Positions 55,056 through 64,000 of a DNA stretch of 64,000 nucleotides are shown piece after piece. Positions within the stretch are counted from its first letter, which is position 1. Every line of letters begins with the position of its first letter. Below the pieces are notes generated by a model. It did no database searches, was not told the DNA's origin, and saw only the letters and a list, made by a program, of their open reading frames with translations. The position numbers and the translations under genes were made by a program. Origin of the DNA: a virus (lineage: Duplodnaviria > Heunggongvirae > Uroviricota > Caudoviricetes); IMG/VR virus record IMGVR_UViG_3300046008_000242, positions 185,363 to 249,362 of that record, one strand, 5' to 3'.

Positions 55056-55829
55056 TTAAACGATGGATTCAAGATTAACGTTAGACTGTATTCTTTCTAA
55101 TGATTTAACAAACATATCTGGATCCAACTCACATCCTAGATAATTTCTATTGGTATTCATACAAGCGATAGCAGTCGAACCAGACCCCATAAATCCATCA
55201 AATACGACATCGTCTTCATTAGTGTATGTTTTTACAAGATATTCTAATAAAGGAACGGGTTTCTGAGTGGGATGAAATTGTGTCTTGGGTGATTCATTGT
55301 TGAATTTCAATATATTGGTAGGATAGTTTGAACCATCTTGTTCATATTCAGTGCCAACCTCATGACCGCCAGAATATGCAGATGTAGTCTTAACATAATT
55401 GATACGTTTCTTACTGAATTCCTTTACTCCTTGTGGATTATATAACATTGGAATTTCTGAATTGCGTCGAATCCCACCCTTGGAGAAAACTGATATATTC
55501 TCGGTCTCGCGTAATGGCATACCTTTTGCGTGTACAAATCCATTCTTACGCGATTTGTGCCATAGGAAATTATATTTGAAATCAGTTAGATTAGAACAAA
55601 TCAATCTACTGGTAAATGGATCTGTTCCAAATAATACAATAGATCCATTTGGTTTTAAAACTCTAAACCATTCAGACCAGAGTTCATCTATCTTTGACAT
55701 TAGATCCCATTCCCATTTACATGCCGTTGTATTATATGGCGGATCTTGTAGTATCAGTTGTATGGAATCATCTGGTAATGATTTTAGATATTCTATACAG
55801 TCTACATTGTAAATTTTATTCAATTCCAT
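55056..55829 (-). CDS. beta-class DNA methyltransferase (N6-adenine or N4-cytosine)
   Basis: Motif IV ILQDPPYN precedes motif I VVFDGFMGSGSTAIA, which is the beta-class order. The track start at 55862 is a GTG; the first ATG is at 55829. Confidence 0.75.
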   Translation of the reverse strand: MELNKIYNVDCIEYLKSLPDDSIQLILQDPPYNTTACKWEWDLMSKIDELWSEWFRVLKPNGSIVLFGTDPFTSRLICSNLTDFKYNFLWHKSRKNGFVHAKGMPLRETENISVFSKGGIRRNSEIPMLYNPQGVKEFSKKRINYVKTTSAYSGGHEVGTEYEQDGSNYPTNILKFNNESPKTQFHPTQKPVPLLEYLVKTYTNEDDVVFDGFMGSGSTAIACMNTNRNYLGCELDPDMFVKSLERIQSNVNLESIV

Positions 55830-55888
55830 AGTATTCCTAAACGAAAAAAAGTCTGACGACACTAAATGCCATCAGACTGTATTATATA

Positions 55889-56989
55889 TTATCCGAAGAA
55901 CTCATCCAAATTTGATTTTGCTTCAGTGTTCCATCCCAAAGGTTCAACCATATTTTTCATCTTAGATAAGAACGCCTTCTCAAACTGTAATTCATAATCA
56001 ACATATTTGTCAAGCTCAAATTCTTTTGGTATCGTATCAACAAACGCGATTACATTTTCTTTCAACGGATTTGGTGTCTTAAGATATGTGAATTTAATCT
56101 TATCGCCATTCTTAATCAATTGATGCGTTTTTTCCAATCCATGTTTTTTAATCATCTGATTGTACATAATTGAACCTCTAACATGGATAGGGGTTCCTGA
56201 TGCGTATCCAGATGTGGTCACAAATTTATCGATATCGGATACGCCAGATGGATTAGCAATTTCTGATATAGTCATATTCATGAATTGTTTTTTAATTCCT
56301 TCGACATACGTATGAATATCTGATTCTTCCTTGTAGAACAATATAGGTAATGAATCCTTTAGTAATGTTCTAATCAATTTTGGAGTAGATGATTTAACAA
56401 GATCTAATCCCATGACCTTTAATTTCGGTTTCTCGTATCTAACACCTTCTGAATCCCATACGTCCATGGCATAACGTTTCTTCTGTACGACAATAGAAGC
56501 AGCCGCAATGTTTTCGCGATCCATGACCATACGATTTTCATAAGCATGCATATATTCGGTCAAATTCTCAAACGATTTTTTAATAACAGGACTGATTATC
56601 TTTTCAGAAAAATTATCTAAAAAATCAACAATTTCCAATTCAGTCTTATCGGCGTAACCAGATATTTCAACAATTCTGTTTAAATTCAAGTAGTTAGAGT
56701 CAGTATCTACCATTATTACAAAGTCTATATTTTCAGTTTTACAACATTTGTTCAAAAATGCATTTAAATCTCTAGCAACCCATTGGATAGCAAGCCTTCC
56801 ACCTGTTGTAATACTTTCGGCTAATCTAACATCGAAGTATCTAAAGTATGGAGCCCCAGCTGCTCCAAATAAACTATTACTAGCTATTTTTAGAGCCATT
56901 TGAGCAACATGTAACATAGAAATCTCTTTTTCTAATGTTTTTTTGTATACCAATAACTCAGAATCACTCATTTGTTTAAATTCGTTCAT
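55889..56989 (-). CDS. 43: DNA polymerase gp43, C-terminal segment (43B): motifs B and C plus the thumb
   Basis: KIASNSLFGAAG is motif B K...NS.YG. IMVDTDSNYL is motif C DTDS. It has its own ATG and, together with 43A, gives 883 aa, compared with about 898 aa for T4 gp43. Confidence 0.85.
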   Translation of the reverse strand: MNEFKQMSDSELLVYKKTLEKEISMLHVAQMALKIASNSLFGAAGAPYFRYFDVRLAESITTGGRLAIQWVARDLNAFLNKCCKTENIDFVIMVDTDSNYLNLNRIVEISGYADKTELEIVDFLDNFSEKIISPVIKKSFENLTEYMHAYENRMVMDRENIAAASIVVQKKRYAMDVWDSEGVRYEKPKLKVMGLDLVKSSTPKLIRTLLKDSLPILFYKEESDIHTYVEGIKKQFMNMTISEIANPSGVSDIDKFVTTSGYASGTPIHVRGSIMYNQMIKKHGLEKTHQLIKNGDKIKFTYLKTPNPLKENVIAFVDTIPKEFELDKYVDYELQFEKAFLSKMKNMVEPLGWNTEAKSNLDEFFG

Positions 56990-57005
56990 ATATTTTCCTA
57001 TTAAG

Positions 57006-58253
57006 TTATGATAACCAAACGTCTGATTCTGGATTGATTGTTAAAGATCCTTTTGTATAATCTTTACTACTATGAAATTTGAACGGAAATATAGAAATAC
57101 AAACATTTTCCCATTCTGCGCCAACATTATGTTTTTTTCTAGAAACCTTTGTAAAAATTCTATTACCATTCTTATATAGTTTCTTCAAATTTATTGCAGC
57201 TAGAATAACATTTTCTTCCACTTGTAACATATTACAAATATGTATATGATTCTGAGTGAAGTATTTGATTCCATTATATAAAATTTCATACACTGGAGTT
57301 GGAAATAATGCTTCCCAAGATGAACTAGGATATTGTTGAATATCCTTCATGTATTTCAATTTGGTAATTAAATTATAATGATGTTTGATAAATGTAAAAG
57401 GATTACCTCGTTGTCCGAAGTCTGCTCGTTTACATATCCACCCTTCACCATCTGGTTTAATTTTATGCTTAGTTGATTCTTTTGTTATTTCATTATACCA
57501 AAATCTAGCTTCTGTTTGAAATTCAGACATTTGATGTCGCAAATATTCAGGATAATCATTAGTGTATCCTTCTGGCGGTATTTCATCTGATTTTAGAAAT
57601 AACGGTTTCAGAGTTGGATGATACCAATGAACTCTATCCGATAATGCGACTGACGTCTTATTTCTAGATTCTTCATCTCGCAAAATTCCAAGAGGAATAT
57701 ATCTATCATAATCAACATCATCTGTTGACACTCTTACATTTATTTGATTTACTGTATCATAAACACCACATTTCCCAGAATGCATTTTAGAAGAACGATC
57801 TGACAATTTTTGCTTCACATCCGGAGTATATCTAGTTGGATCGTCAAAATATGCTCGTAATTTTACACTATTATTTTTAGAAGTTTGTTCAGAAAAATCA
57901 TTAGATAAATTTTCATACAATTTTGTTGATATTTTTCTTCCAGTTTGTTTATTGTGGAAATTTGTTAACATATTTGCCGAGTATATTACAGAAACTGACT
58001 GTCTAAACATTTTCCATATCATTAAATGAGCAATTTTATGTTCTTTTAATGTCAATACCGATTTATTCCAAGGATTCATTTTGAAATCAATATATTCAGG
58101 AAACAAATCCTCTGCTCTTGGGCATATATGATGTTCAGTTAGTTTTTCTCCTGGGGTTCTAATTATAGATTTTCTTGATTCTATAAATTTAACATATCGT
58201 TTTACAAAATGTAAATTGTGGGGTTTGGTTATTAAAATTTGATAAATGTCCAT
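57006..58253 (-). CDS. Mob-like HNH homing endonuclease inserted between 43A and 43B
   Basis: TEHHICPRAEDLFPEY is shared with the HNH genes at 34715 and 1786. Only 4 nt separate it from the 43A stop and 16 nt from the 43B start. Confidence 0.75.
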   Translation of the reverse strand: MDIYQILITKPHNLHFVKRYVKFIESRKSIIRTPGEKLTEHHICPRAEDLFPEYIDFKMNPWNKSVLTLKEHKIAHLMIWKMFRQSVSVIYSANMLTNFHNKQTGRKISTKLYENLSNDFSEQTSKNNSVKLRAYFDDPTRYTPDVKQKLSDRSSKMHSGKCGVYDTVNQINVRVSTDDVDYDRYIPLGILRDEESRNKTSVALSDRVHWYHPTLKPLFLKSDEIPPEGYTNDYPEYLRHQMSEFQTEARFWYNEITKESTKHKIKPDGEGWICKRADFGQRGNPFTFIKHHYNLITKLKYMKDIQQYPSSSWEALFPTPVYEILYNGIKYFTQNHIHICNMLQVEENVILAAINLKKLYKNGNRIFTKVSRKKHNVGAEWENVCISIFPFKFHSSKDYTKGSLTINPESDVWLS

Positions 58254-58257
58254 TTTA

Positions 58258-59811
58258 TTACAATAATCCGCGCATTTCTAATTCCTTTTTGACTAATTCG
58301 AGTTCTTGTTGTTTAGATAACATTTGTTTCTTCTTAGATGAACGTTCAGAATACATGTTCCGCATTAATGTTGAGAAGAAACAAACAATATCTTTACGAT
58401 AACACCAACCATTAGGAGTAATTGATAATCCATTATCGGGTAATGGTTTTTTATCTAAGCAGTATTCAACATCAATATCAAGATGAGTGGATGTTAATGT
58501 TTCTGGACCAATGTTATAATGTTGAATTAAATGCGGATACAATGAATTTAAATCGAACGATACAACCCATTTATGTTTGCCAATCTGCGGCGATTTAACA
58601 AATGCTCCATCAAACTGTTCGGATTTTGCTGTATATGTTTGAAACGGAGTAACCGTATTTAATTCTTCTTTCAAGTAATTATGAATGATTGCATCCCATA
58701 AATGAATAGGAGAAAACACATCTTCATAATTGATTCTGGCATAGTAAGCAAGCGACACTTGTAAAGAAATCATATTGAGTTTCTCTTCAAGTTGGATAAT
58801 CAGTTCCGCGTCGATGATGTTATAATCTGTAAATTTGTTCCAACATTTTTGTTTCAGTTCCGCATTTAGATCTATCCATTCTTGAGAGATATCTGGATGG
58901 AGATTACGTTCATAAGCAAGTTGTTGTAATTCATTACCATCCTTATCTGGTTTGGGTTCACCGTGTACAAAATTATAGAATGTTGTAAATTCATCATGAT
59001 TTAATTTGGCATGACCAAGAACCTTCTCTGCTATGGCATCAAGTTTATATGATTCTTCAGAACCATATGAATACTTCTTGTATAATGCTAGATAATCTAA
59101 TTGGGATACACCAAAGATATTGACAGTGCATCTATCGGGTTGTTTGTTATCGACTTTAACTTTTACAACATTCCAAGGGGATAATTGATTGGCTGTCTTC
59201 TCACCTAGGACAGCAACCATTCTATGATAGAGGTATGGAATATCGAAGAAGTCTGTGTTCCAACCCGTAATAATGTCAGGAATGGATTCTTTCCAGAAGT
59301 TAAGGAATTCCTTGAATAGATGTTCTTCATTATCGCATTGATGATAGATGACATCTTGGTCTGATGTATATGTTTTACAACCCCAAGTATGTTTCTGTTT
59401 GGATTGCATATCAACAATTGTAATCAGTACAATTTCCTCTACAGGATTGAACCAGTTGGGAAATCCCGCAGATACATCTGTTTCTATGTCAATCGCATAG
59501 ATTTTAACTTTTTCAAAATCATAATCCGTTACAATAGATTGAGGATACTTCTCAGAAAGGAATTGGTCACACCATGATGTATATCCATATAATTTTACAC
59601 CAGATATTCCTTTATATTGTTCAATAAAGTCTTTACAATCTTTGATTGTTCCAGGATTGATTTCATGCACTGGAACATCATCTAATGTCTTCCACTTGGT
59701 CGGTTGATTTTTACCAGTCATGAATAATGTTGGTTGAAATTCAATGATTTCTTTACCTTCCGGTGTTCTTAAATAGATATTATTGCCGTACGCATAAGCA
59801 TTTGTGTACAT
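58258..59811 (-). CDS. 43: DNA polymerase gp43, N-terminal segment (43A): 3'-5' exonuclease domain plus motif A
   Basis: YAIDIETD is Exo I. VVSFDLNSLYPHLIQ is motif A D..SLYPS. It ends before motif B. Confidence 0.85.
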   Translation of the reverse strand: MYTNAYAYGNNIYLRTPEGKEIIEFQPTLFMTGKNQPTKWKTLDDVPVHEINPGTIKDCKDFIEQYKGISGVKLYGYTSWCDQFLSEKYPQSIVTDYDFEKVKIYAIDIETDVSAGFPNWFNPVEEIVLITIVDMQSKQKHTWGCKTYTSDQDVIYHQCDNEEHLFKEFLNFWKESIPDIITGWNTDFFDIPYLYHRMVAVLGEKTANQLSPWNVVKVKVDNKQPDRCTVNIFGVSQLDYLALYKKYSYGSEESYKLDAIAEKVLGHAKLNHDEFTTFYNFVHGEPKPDKDGNELQQLAYERNLHPDISQEWIDLNAELKQKCWNKFTDYNIIDAELIIQLEEKLNMISLQVSLAYYARINYEDVFSPIHLWDAIIHNYLKEELNTVTPFQTYTAKSEQFDGAFVKSPQIGKHKWVVSFDLNSLYPHLIQHYNIGPETLTSTHLDIDVEYCLDKKPLPDNGLSITPNGWCYRKDIVCFFSTLMRNMYSERSSKKKQMLSKQQELELVKKELEMRGLL

Positions 59812-59912
59812 ATTATTCCTTTCAAAAATAAGAATTGAATCCAGAGACCATCCGTAATGTCATCTTTTCCTTGTTATGGCAATTCTTTGACCATATACAT
59901 TTATTGTGTGCA

Positions 59913-59945
59913 TAAAAAAGCGAGACGTCTTTACAAACGTCTCGC
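59913..59945 (-). terminator. strong intrinsic terminator upstream of gene 43
   Basis: Minus-strand hairpin GCGAGACGUUUGUAAAGACGUCUCGC plus UUUUUUAUG. Confidence 0.65.
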
Positions 59946-59963
59946 TTATTATTTGTTGATGTA

Positions 59964-60221
59964 TTATTTCTTGTTGAATGTCATCCAAGATTTACCCATC
60001 TTCCAATCGTAATCTTCTTCTAAATTATATTGTCCCATAAATTTTGAATCCATGACTTTAATCATTTCATCTCTATAATTGTTTAATACAACATTAAATA
60101 CAGTTCCTTTTACTTCAAAATCTATTAAACTTTTTTCAGCCATCTTTTTAAATTTATCAGCATCAGATTCAACTGGTTTGGTTGTTGTAGATTTCGATTT
60201 GTAATTTCTATACGTATTCAT
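59964..60221 (-). CDS. hypothetical protein, 85 aa
   Basis: ORF track; downstream of a PeSL. Confidence 0.45.
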   Translation of the reverse strand: MNTYRNYKSKSTTTKPVESDADKFKKMAEKSLIDFEVKGTVFNVVLNNYRDEMIKVMDSKFMGQYNLEEDYDWKMGKSWMTFNKK

Positions 60222-60244
60222 ATAATAACCCCTATAAAATTTAT

Positions 60245-60296
60245 TGAATTTTCCAACTGAAATCTATTATAAAGGATTATAGGAATATCGAAAGAG
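60245..60296 (-). promoter_or_regulatory. PeSL-like early promoter cassette
   Basis: Plus strand reads ttttccaactgaaatctattataaaggattataggaatatcgaaagag. Confidence 0.5.
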
Positions 60297-60301
60297 AAAA
60301 T

Positions 60302-60772
60302 CTATTCCCAGAGGAAAGCTCGATAATTAATCAATTGACATAACATTTCCGTGTCCGTATCAAATATATGTTTTTCCAATAAATCAATACGTTTTGAGAA
60401 TTCATCATTGTAATTTACATATTGACAATATAAATCAGAAATTTCATTTTCAATGTTTGGTCTGTCTATATTCCACCAGACATAACATTCTTTGATGAAT
60501 TTTATTACAGTTCTATGTTCTTCGGAGTAATCCCAATCAGTTGAACCATGGAATATCACTTCCTCATAGAAATCGCTTGCCAATTGGAAACATGAATGTA
60601 ATAATAACGTATCAGTGTCATGATATTGTATATTCAGAGTAGATGGTTTAACAGACCAATATTTGAAGTAAATTGGATGTAATCTATATAACAACCAATA
60701 TTTCAATTCTCTGAGTTCATATTTGATATTATAAGATACATCACCAATCCATTGGATAATCGACTCTATCAT
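60302..60772 (-). CDS. hypothetical protein, 156 aa
   Basis: ORF track. Confidence 0.45.
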   Translation of the reverse strand: MIESIIQWIGDVSYNIKYELRELKYWLLYRLHPIYFKYWSVKPSTLNIQYHDTDTLLLHSCFQLASDFYEEVIFHGSTDWDYSEEHRTVIKFIKECYVWWNIDRPNIENEISDLYCQYVNYNDEFSKRIDLLEKHIFDTDTEMLCQLINYRAFLWE

Positions 60773-60901
60773 ACAAATACAAAAGGAATTGGTGCCAACA
60801 CCAATAGATGTTTCACCCTAAGATGTAATTCCCATTTCAATTTATCTTTGAAATCGTATATGTTTAAATTGAATAATGATTTATTCATAATTTCTTTCAT
60901 G

Positions 60902-61477
60902 TTACACTCCTGCCAATATCTGCACCATATCGTAACAAACGTCGTGGACGGGACAGTGTTTAATCACTTTGTTAATATCAAAATCAGGACATTTTGATTT
61001 ATCAATTGAACAATATCCACGTTCAGTCTTATAGAAACAATCCAATAATGTTCGAACGTCTCTGTAATTATAATATGGTACAAGTTTTTCAACGCCAATA
61101 GATTTACATAGACTATCAATACACATTTGGTCTAGTGAACCTCTTGTGAAAATAGTCATTGTCTTATAATTTGGGATTTTAGATAACCATTGTTTAATCA
61201 ATAAGATACCGTTCTTGGCTGATACATCTTCAGGAGAAGGAATCAACGAACGTTTTCTGGCGAAATCGCATTGCGAATCCCACCAATTTAATGTATCCTT
61301 ATCGGTAATCCTATTATATTGTTGGATTTGTTCTCTTACGTCAAACTTAACAAAGATACTATTGTCTAACAATTGTTGATATGTTAATGGTTGATTTGAA
61401 TTGTAGAAAGTCAATGCAGCCGATAGGATAACAGAATTGGATTCTGTTCCCAATGTTTCGATATCTAATACCAACAT
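60902..61477 (-). CDS. dexA: DnaQ-like 3'-5' exonuclease (DexA-like)
   Basis: N-terminal LVLDIETLG (Exo I DxE); the remainder is compatible with the DEDD fold. Confidence 0.55.
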   Translation of the reverse strand: MLVLDIETLGTESNSVILSAALTFYNSNQPLTYQQLLDNSIFVKFDVREQIQQYNRITDKDTLNWWDSQCDFARKRSLIPSPEDVSAKNGILLIKQWLSKIPNYKTMTIFTRGSLDQMCIDSLCKSIGVEKLVPYYNYRDVRTLLDCFYKTERGYCSIDKSKCPDFDINKVIKHCPVHDVCYDMVQILAGV

Positions 61478-61753
61478 TTAGATTGAATCCTCTGTCTTGA
61501 TGTAAAATGAGAACACTAGGTCTAATGCAGTCAATAGATTATAATTGGTTCTGTTGGTATCATATTTCAATGATACGTCACCTACTCCAATCTTATGGAA
61601 TTGTAATGGAGAGTTTTGAATTTGAATCGTAAATGGTAGATTATCTGATAATCGTTTACCAATAACTAAGATACCATCATTAACTAAATCTTCTTGTGAT
61701 TCATAAGAGTAACGAACTTTCAATTCTTCTAATTTTAACATTTCTTCATTCAT
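61478..61753 (-). CDS. hypothetical protein, 91 aa
   Basis: ORF track. Confidence 0.4.
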   Translation of the reverse strand: MNEEMLKLEELKVRYSYESQEDLVNDGILVIGKRLSDNLPFTIQIQNSPLQFHKIGVGDVSLKYDTNRTNYNLLTALDLVFSFYIKTEDSI

Positions 61754-61754
61754 T

Positions 61755-62219
61755 TTATTTCTTTCCTAAAGTTTTACCAGCATTTAAAAGTTCTAGACAT
61801 AATGTTTCATGAGTGATGTCATACTCATTGACTTGTAATTTACTTGGAGTAATTAAAATATCATATGATTTACTAGACCATTTTAAATTGGCTCTGATTG
61901 CCATTCCTGATTCAAATTTATCAGAGTATTCTTTTGTCTGGAAATGATAATATGACGTCAATTCTTCATTATTGATAATACCATCAACCATATTTTCAAC
62001 ATCATTATTTGCTTTGATTGTTTCAGGATTAACGGAAACTGCATACCAACGCATATCCACTTTGACTACAACGTCTCCAATCAATGCATCTACAATTTTA
62101 CCATATCCATCGATGAATCTAATCTTATCTTCAAATTTGACTTGATTCATACCAGATAACACTGTTCTTGCTTTATCAATGTTCCATTTTGAAATTCTAA
62201 TTGTATCAATACTACTCAT
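61755..62219 (-). CDS. hypothetical protein, 154 aa
   Basis: ORF track. Confidence 0.45.
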   Translation of the reverse strand: MSSIDTIRISKWNIDKARTVLSGMNQVKFEDKIRFIDGYGKIVDALIGDVVVKVDMRWYAVSVNPETIKANNDVENMVDGIINNEELTSYYHFQTKEYSDKFESGMAIRANLKWSSKSYDILITPSKLQVNEYDITHETLCLELLNAGKTLGKK

Positions 62220-62469
62220 AATTGTTCCTTGTTATTTGTTTGCCGCATTGGCATCTTAAATGTTCTTTACCATAAATGAAACCAATACTGGAATATTTAT
62301 GTACATGTGTTTCTACGTCAGCATTGTTCGCCTTAAAACAATCATCATGCCAACAAAATTGATTACCATTACAATTTGTCACAATACTTAATCTAACTCT
62401 ATGATTCAATCCAGAAGGACACATTGGATTATGGATGTAATCGTATATCTTCTTTAGATAATTTACCAT
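62212..62469 (-). CDS. Cys-rich putative zinc-binding protein, 85 aa
   Basis: CPSG...C.GNQFCWHDDC...CQC. Confidence 0.4.
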   Translation of the reverse strand: MVNYLKKIYDYIHNPMCPSGLNHRVRLSIVTNCNGNQFCWHDDCFKANNADVETHVHKYSSIGFIYGKEHLRCQCGKQITRNNYE

Positions 62470-62482
62470 AATTATTAGAACC

Positions 62483-62836
62483 TCAATTAAATTGTATTGA
62501 TAAAGAGGATTCAGATTGAACCCGACAATGTTCTCGTATAATGCGACGAATGCTATATTTTCTCATGCATTTAGAAGATACCAAGAATTCCCACCTATGG
62601 ATTACTTGTTGAAATTCATAACCTACTTTATTCGTATCATACAATATCACTATGAAAGTATAATCTCTCTCTGGTTTAAAATATACCACTATAGACAAAC
62701 GATTACAACTTTCAGAACTAGAAACGGGCATTTCACAATATACATGATTTCCTTTACTGTGGACCCGTTTATTGGATCTTTGACTTAGATGAAACACTTT
62801 ACTAGCTATACGTCTTTCATTATTGAAATTCACCAT
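62483..62836 (-). CDS. hypothetical basic protein, 117 aa; coding status uncertain
   Basis: Both strands are open across this stretch, and the sequence looks locally GC-richer than its surroundings. Confidence 0.25.
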   Translation of the reverse strand: MVNFNNERRIASKVFHLSQRSNKRVHSKGNHVYCEMPVSSSESCNRLSIVVYFKPERDYTFIVILYDTNKVGYEFQQVIHRWEFLVSSKCMRKYSIRRIIREHCRVQSESSLSIQFN

Positions 62837-63261
62837 TTGAATTTACTCATAATGTCTTGGAACAATGTTTTATGTTGTATCTCATTAACAATTTCGTCGT
62901 TTGATTCTTCTGTCGTCTCAATAGGTTCTTCTTGTAATATATCATGAATGATATAATTCAATTCATTCACTACATCTTCTTTTGTATACAGTTCCAATAA
63001 TTTGGTTTCCTCTTCATCCTCGAAGACTTTTATCTCAAATGAAGGATAATATCCTTCTTTATCAAATACATATCCAAACGAAATCAGTATTGATGACGAT
63101 TCAATAATATATTGAAGATGTTGTATTAAATTACCAGCATGTAATATGTGGTCATTTATAATAATCCAATTTGATGTGTTATACTCTTTGCAAATTACAT
63201 TGTCTATTATATAGTTAAATTGGTCTTCAATAGAAGGTAATTCGGATTTTTGTTTTGTCAT
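62830..63261 (-). CDS. hypothetical acidic protein, 143 aa
   Basis: ORF track. Confidence 0.45.
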   Translation of the reverse strand: MTKQKSELPSIEDQFNYIIDNVICKEYNTSNWIIINDHILHAGNLIQHLQYIIESSSILISFGYVFDKEGYYPSFEIKVFEDEEETKLLELYTKEDVVNELNYIIHDILQEEPIETTEESNDEIVNEIQHKTLFQDIMSKFKW

Positions 63262-63502
63262 ATATTCCCTTATGCTTAATTTACATTTCTATTATACTGT
63301 ATATTAATATCTTAGAAATAATTATTTTATTTTTGTTAAATCAACCACATATAAAAATTATCAATTTTTAAGAATTTCTTCCACATATACCCTTGGAAAT
63401 TTTTAAAAGTCTATATGTTATTGATTTAATGAGAATTAAAATTTTAGAGTAAATAATTTTTATTCAATAAAATCAATAACATATAAAAATATGGTATTGA
63501 AT

Positions 63503-63542
63503 AAAGAAAAACCTCTCAAACTTTTTAAAGTAAGAGAGGTTT
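63503..63542 (-). terminator. intrinsic terminator
   Basis: Minus-strand hairpin AAACCUCUC...GAGAGGUUU plus UUUCUUUAUU. Confidence 0.55.
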
Positions 63543-63645
63543 GTGTGGTCGGGATACAGCCATGGTCGTTTCGGACTAACCAATTCAGATACTTTTGGAT
63601 AATGTTCCGAACCATACCAAAAGAGCTCCGACGTAATTAAATTTG

Positions 63646-63969
63646 TTATACAATAATTTTTTGAGGTTGAATCAATTCAATTAAAGGTTCATCAAATGTT
63701 CTATTGTATTCATCTTCAAGTTGTTTAACAGGATTACCTCTAAACGATAATGAAGATTTCATGATTTCAATAGTGCCTTCTTCAACATAAGGTAAAGCAG
63801 GAGATAATGACACACCTTGCTGTTCCCCAGTATTTGTTACCATAATAAACACAGGATTGGAAACAAAATAACTTTGGTCTGTTTCATTGTCGACCTTGGC
63901 TAAAAATTCATCACCATTAACCGTTTTGAACGCTTTTACTGTTTTTACTGTCATAATATATATTCTCAA
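63646..63969 (-). CDS. hypothetical protein, 107 aa
   Basis: ORF track; it follows a 340-bp AT-rich intergenic region. Confidence 0.45.
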   Translation of the reverse strand: MRIYIMTVKTVKAFKTVNGDEFLAKVDNETDQSYFVSNPVFIMVTNTGEQQGVSLSPALPYVEEGTIEIMKSSLSFRGNPVKQLEDEYNRTFDEPLIELIQPQKIIV

Positions 63970-64000
63970 TTATTATTCTGATAGGAATTGTTTGGGTTCT

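Noticed and set aside
9580-55889. beta-glucosyltransferase, dCMP hydroxymethylase (gene 42) or imm between uvsX and gene 43
   Set aside because: None of the ORFs in the interval shows thymidylate-synthase-like (gene 42) or GT-B glucosyltransferase motifs.
55889-59811. Intein or group I intron as the cause of the split polymerase
   Set aside because: Each half has its own ATG. The inserted ORF is an out-of-frame, free-standing gene, with no Cys/Ser...His-Asn intein junctions and no recognisable intron core.

Overview
This window is an AT-rich segment of a T4-like (Tevenvirinae-type) myovirus genome. Almost every gene is on the minus strand and runs in T4 early-gene order. A partial DnaB-like primase-helicase gene 41 lies at the window start. 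uvsX, interrupted by a 132-aa mini-intein, sits near 10 kb. Dda helicase is near 30 kb. DNA polymerase gene 43, split into 43A and 43B by a Mob-like HNH gene, is at 55.9-59.8 kb, and a DexA-like exonuclease is at 61 kb. There is no beta-glucosyltransferase and no dCMP hydroxymethylase (gene 42). In their place, about 45 kb of hyperplastic accessory DNA lies between uvsX and gene 43. This accessory region carries seven or more homing-endonuclease genes (three Mob-like HNH, two other HNH, one GIY-YIG, and a possible Vsr-like gene split in two). It also carries a NAD-centred gene set: a Zn-less Sir2 at 6.4 kb, and an NAMPT-like plus PRPP-synthetase-like pair plus a HAD hydrolase at 33-38 kb. A 947-aa plus-strand protein carries a C-terminal PARP-like H-Y-E ADP-ribosyltransferase domain. 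Other accessory genes are an Acb1-like 2H phosphoesterase, two TerD proteins, a Mesh1/SAH-like HD hydrolase, two NDT-like proteins, an RNA ligase with an N-terminal extension, a canonical GroES, a bactofilin-like protein, an SPFH/prohibitin protein, a class-3 lipase, a SLOG/DUF2493 protein, nucleotidyltransferase-fold proteins and a beta-class DNA methyltransferase, plus many small unknown ORFs. Two kinds of regulatory repeat recur. One is a roughly 60-bp early-promoter-plus-stem-loop (PeSL-like) cassette, found in nine copies. The other is a family of near-identical intrinsic terminators. Immediately upstream of the PARP-like gene, four tandem units of about 450 bp each carry their own sigma70-like promoter and terminator on the minus strand; these predict ORF-less transcripts of about 180 nt. 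A 45-bp palindrome-containing motif (GGAACGTTCC) from these units recurs next to an HNH gene at 13.1 kb and, inverted, just downstream of the PARP-like gene. No tRNA, rRNA or CRISPR array was found. The ORF track treats TTG and GTG as start codons, so several starts were moved to the first ATG; coordinates I derived myself may be off by 1 nt.
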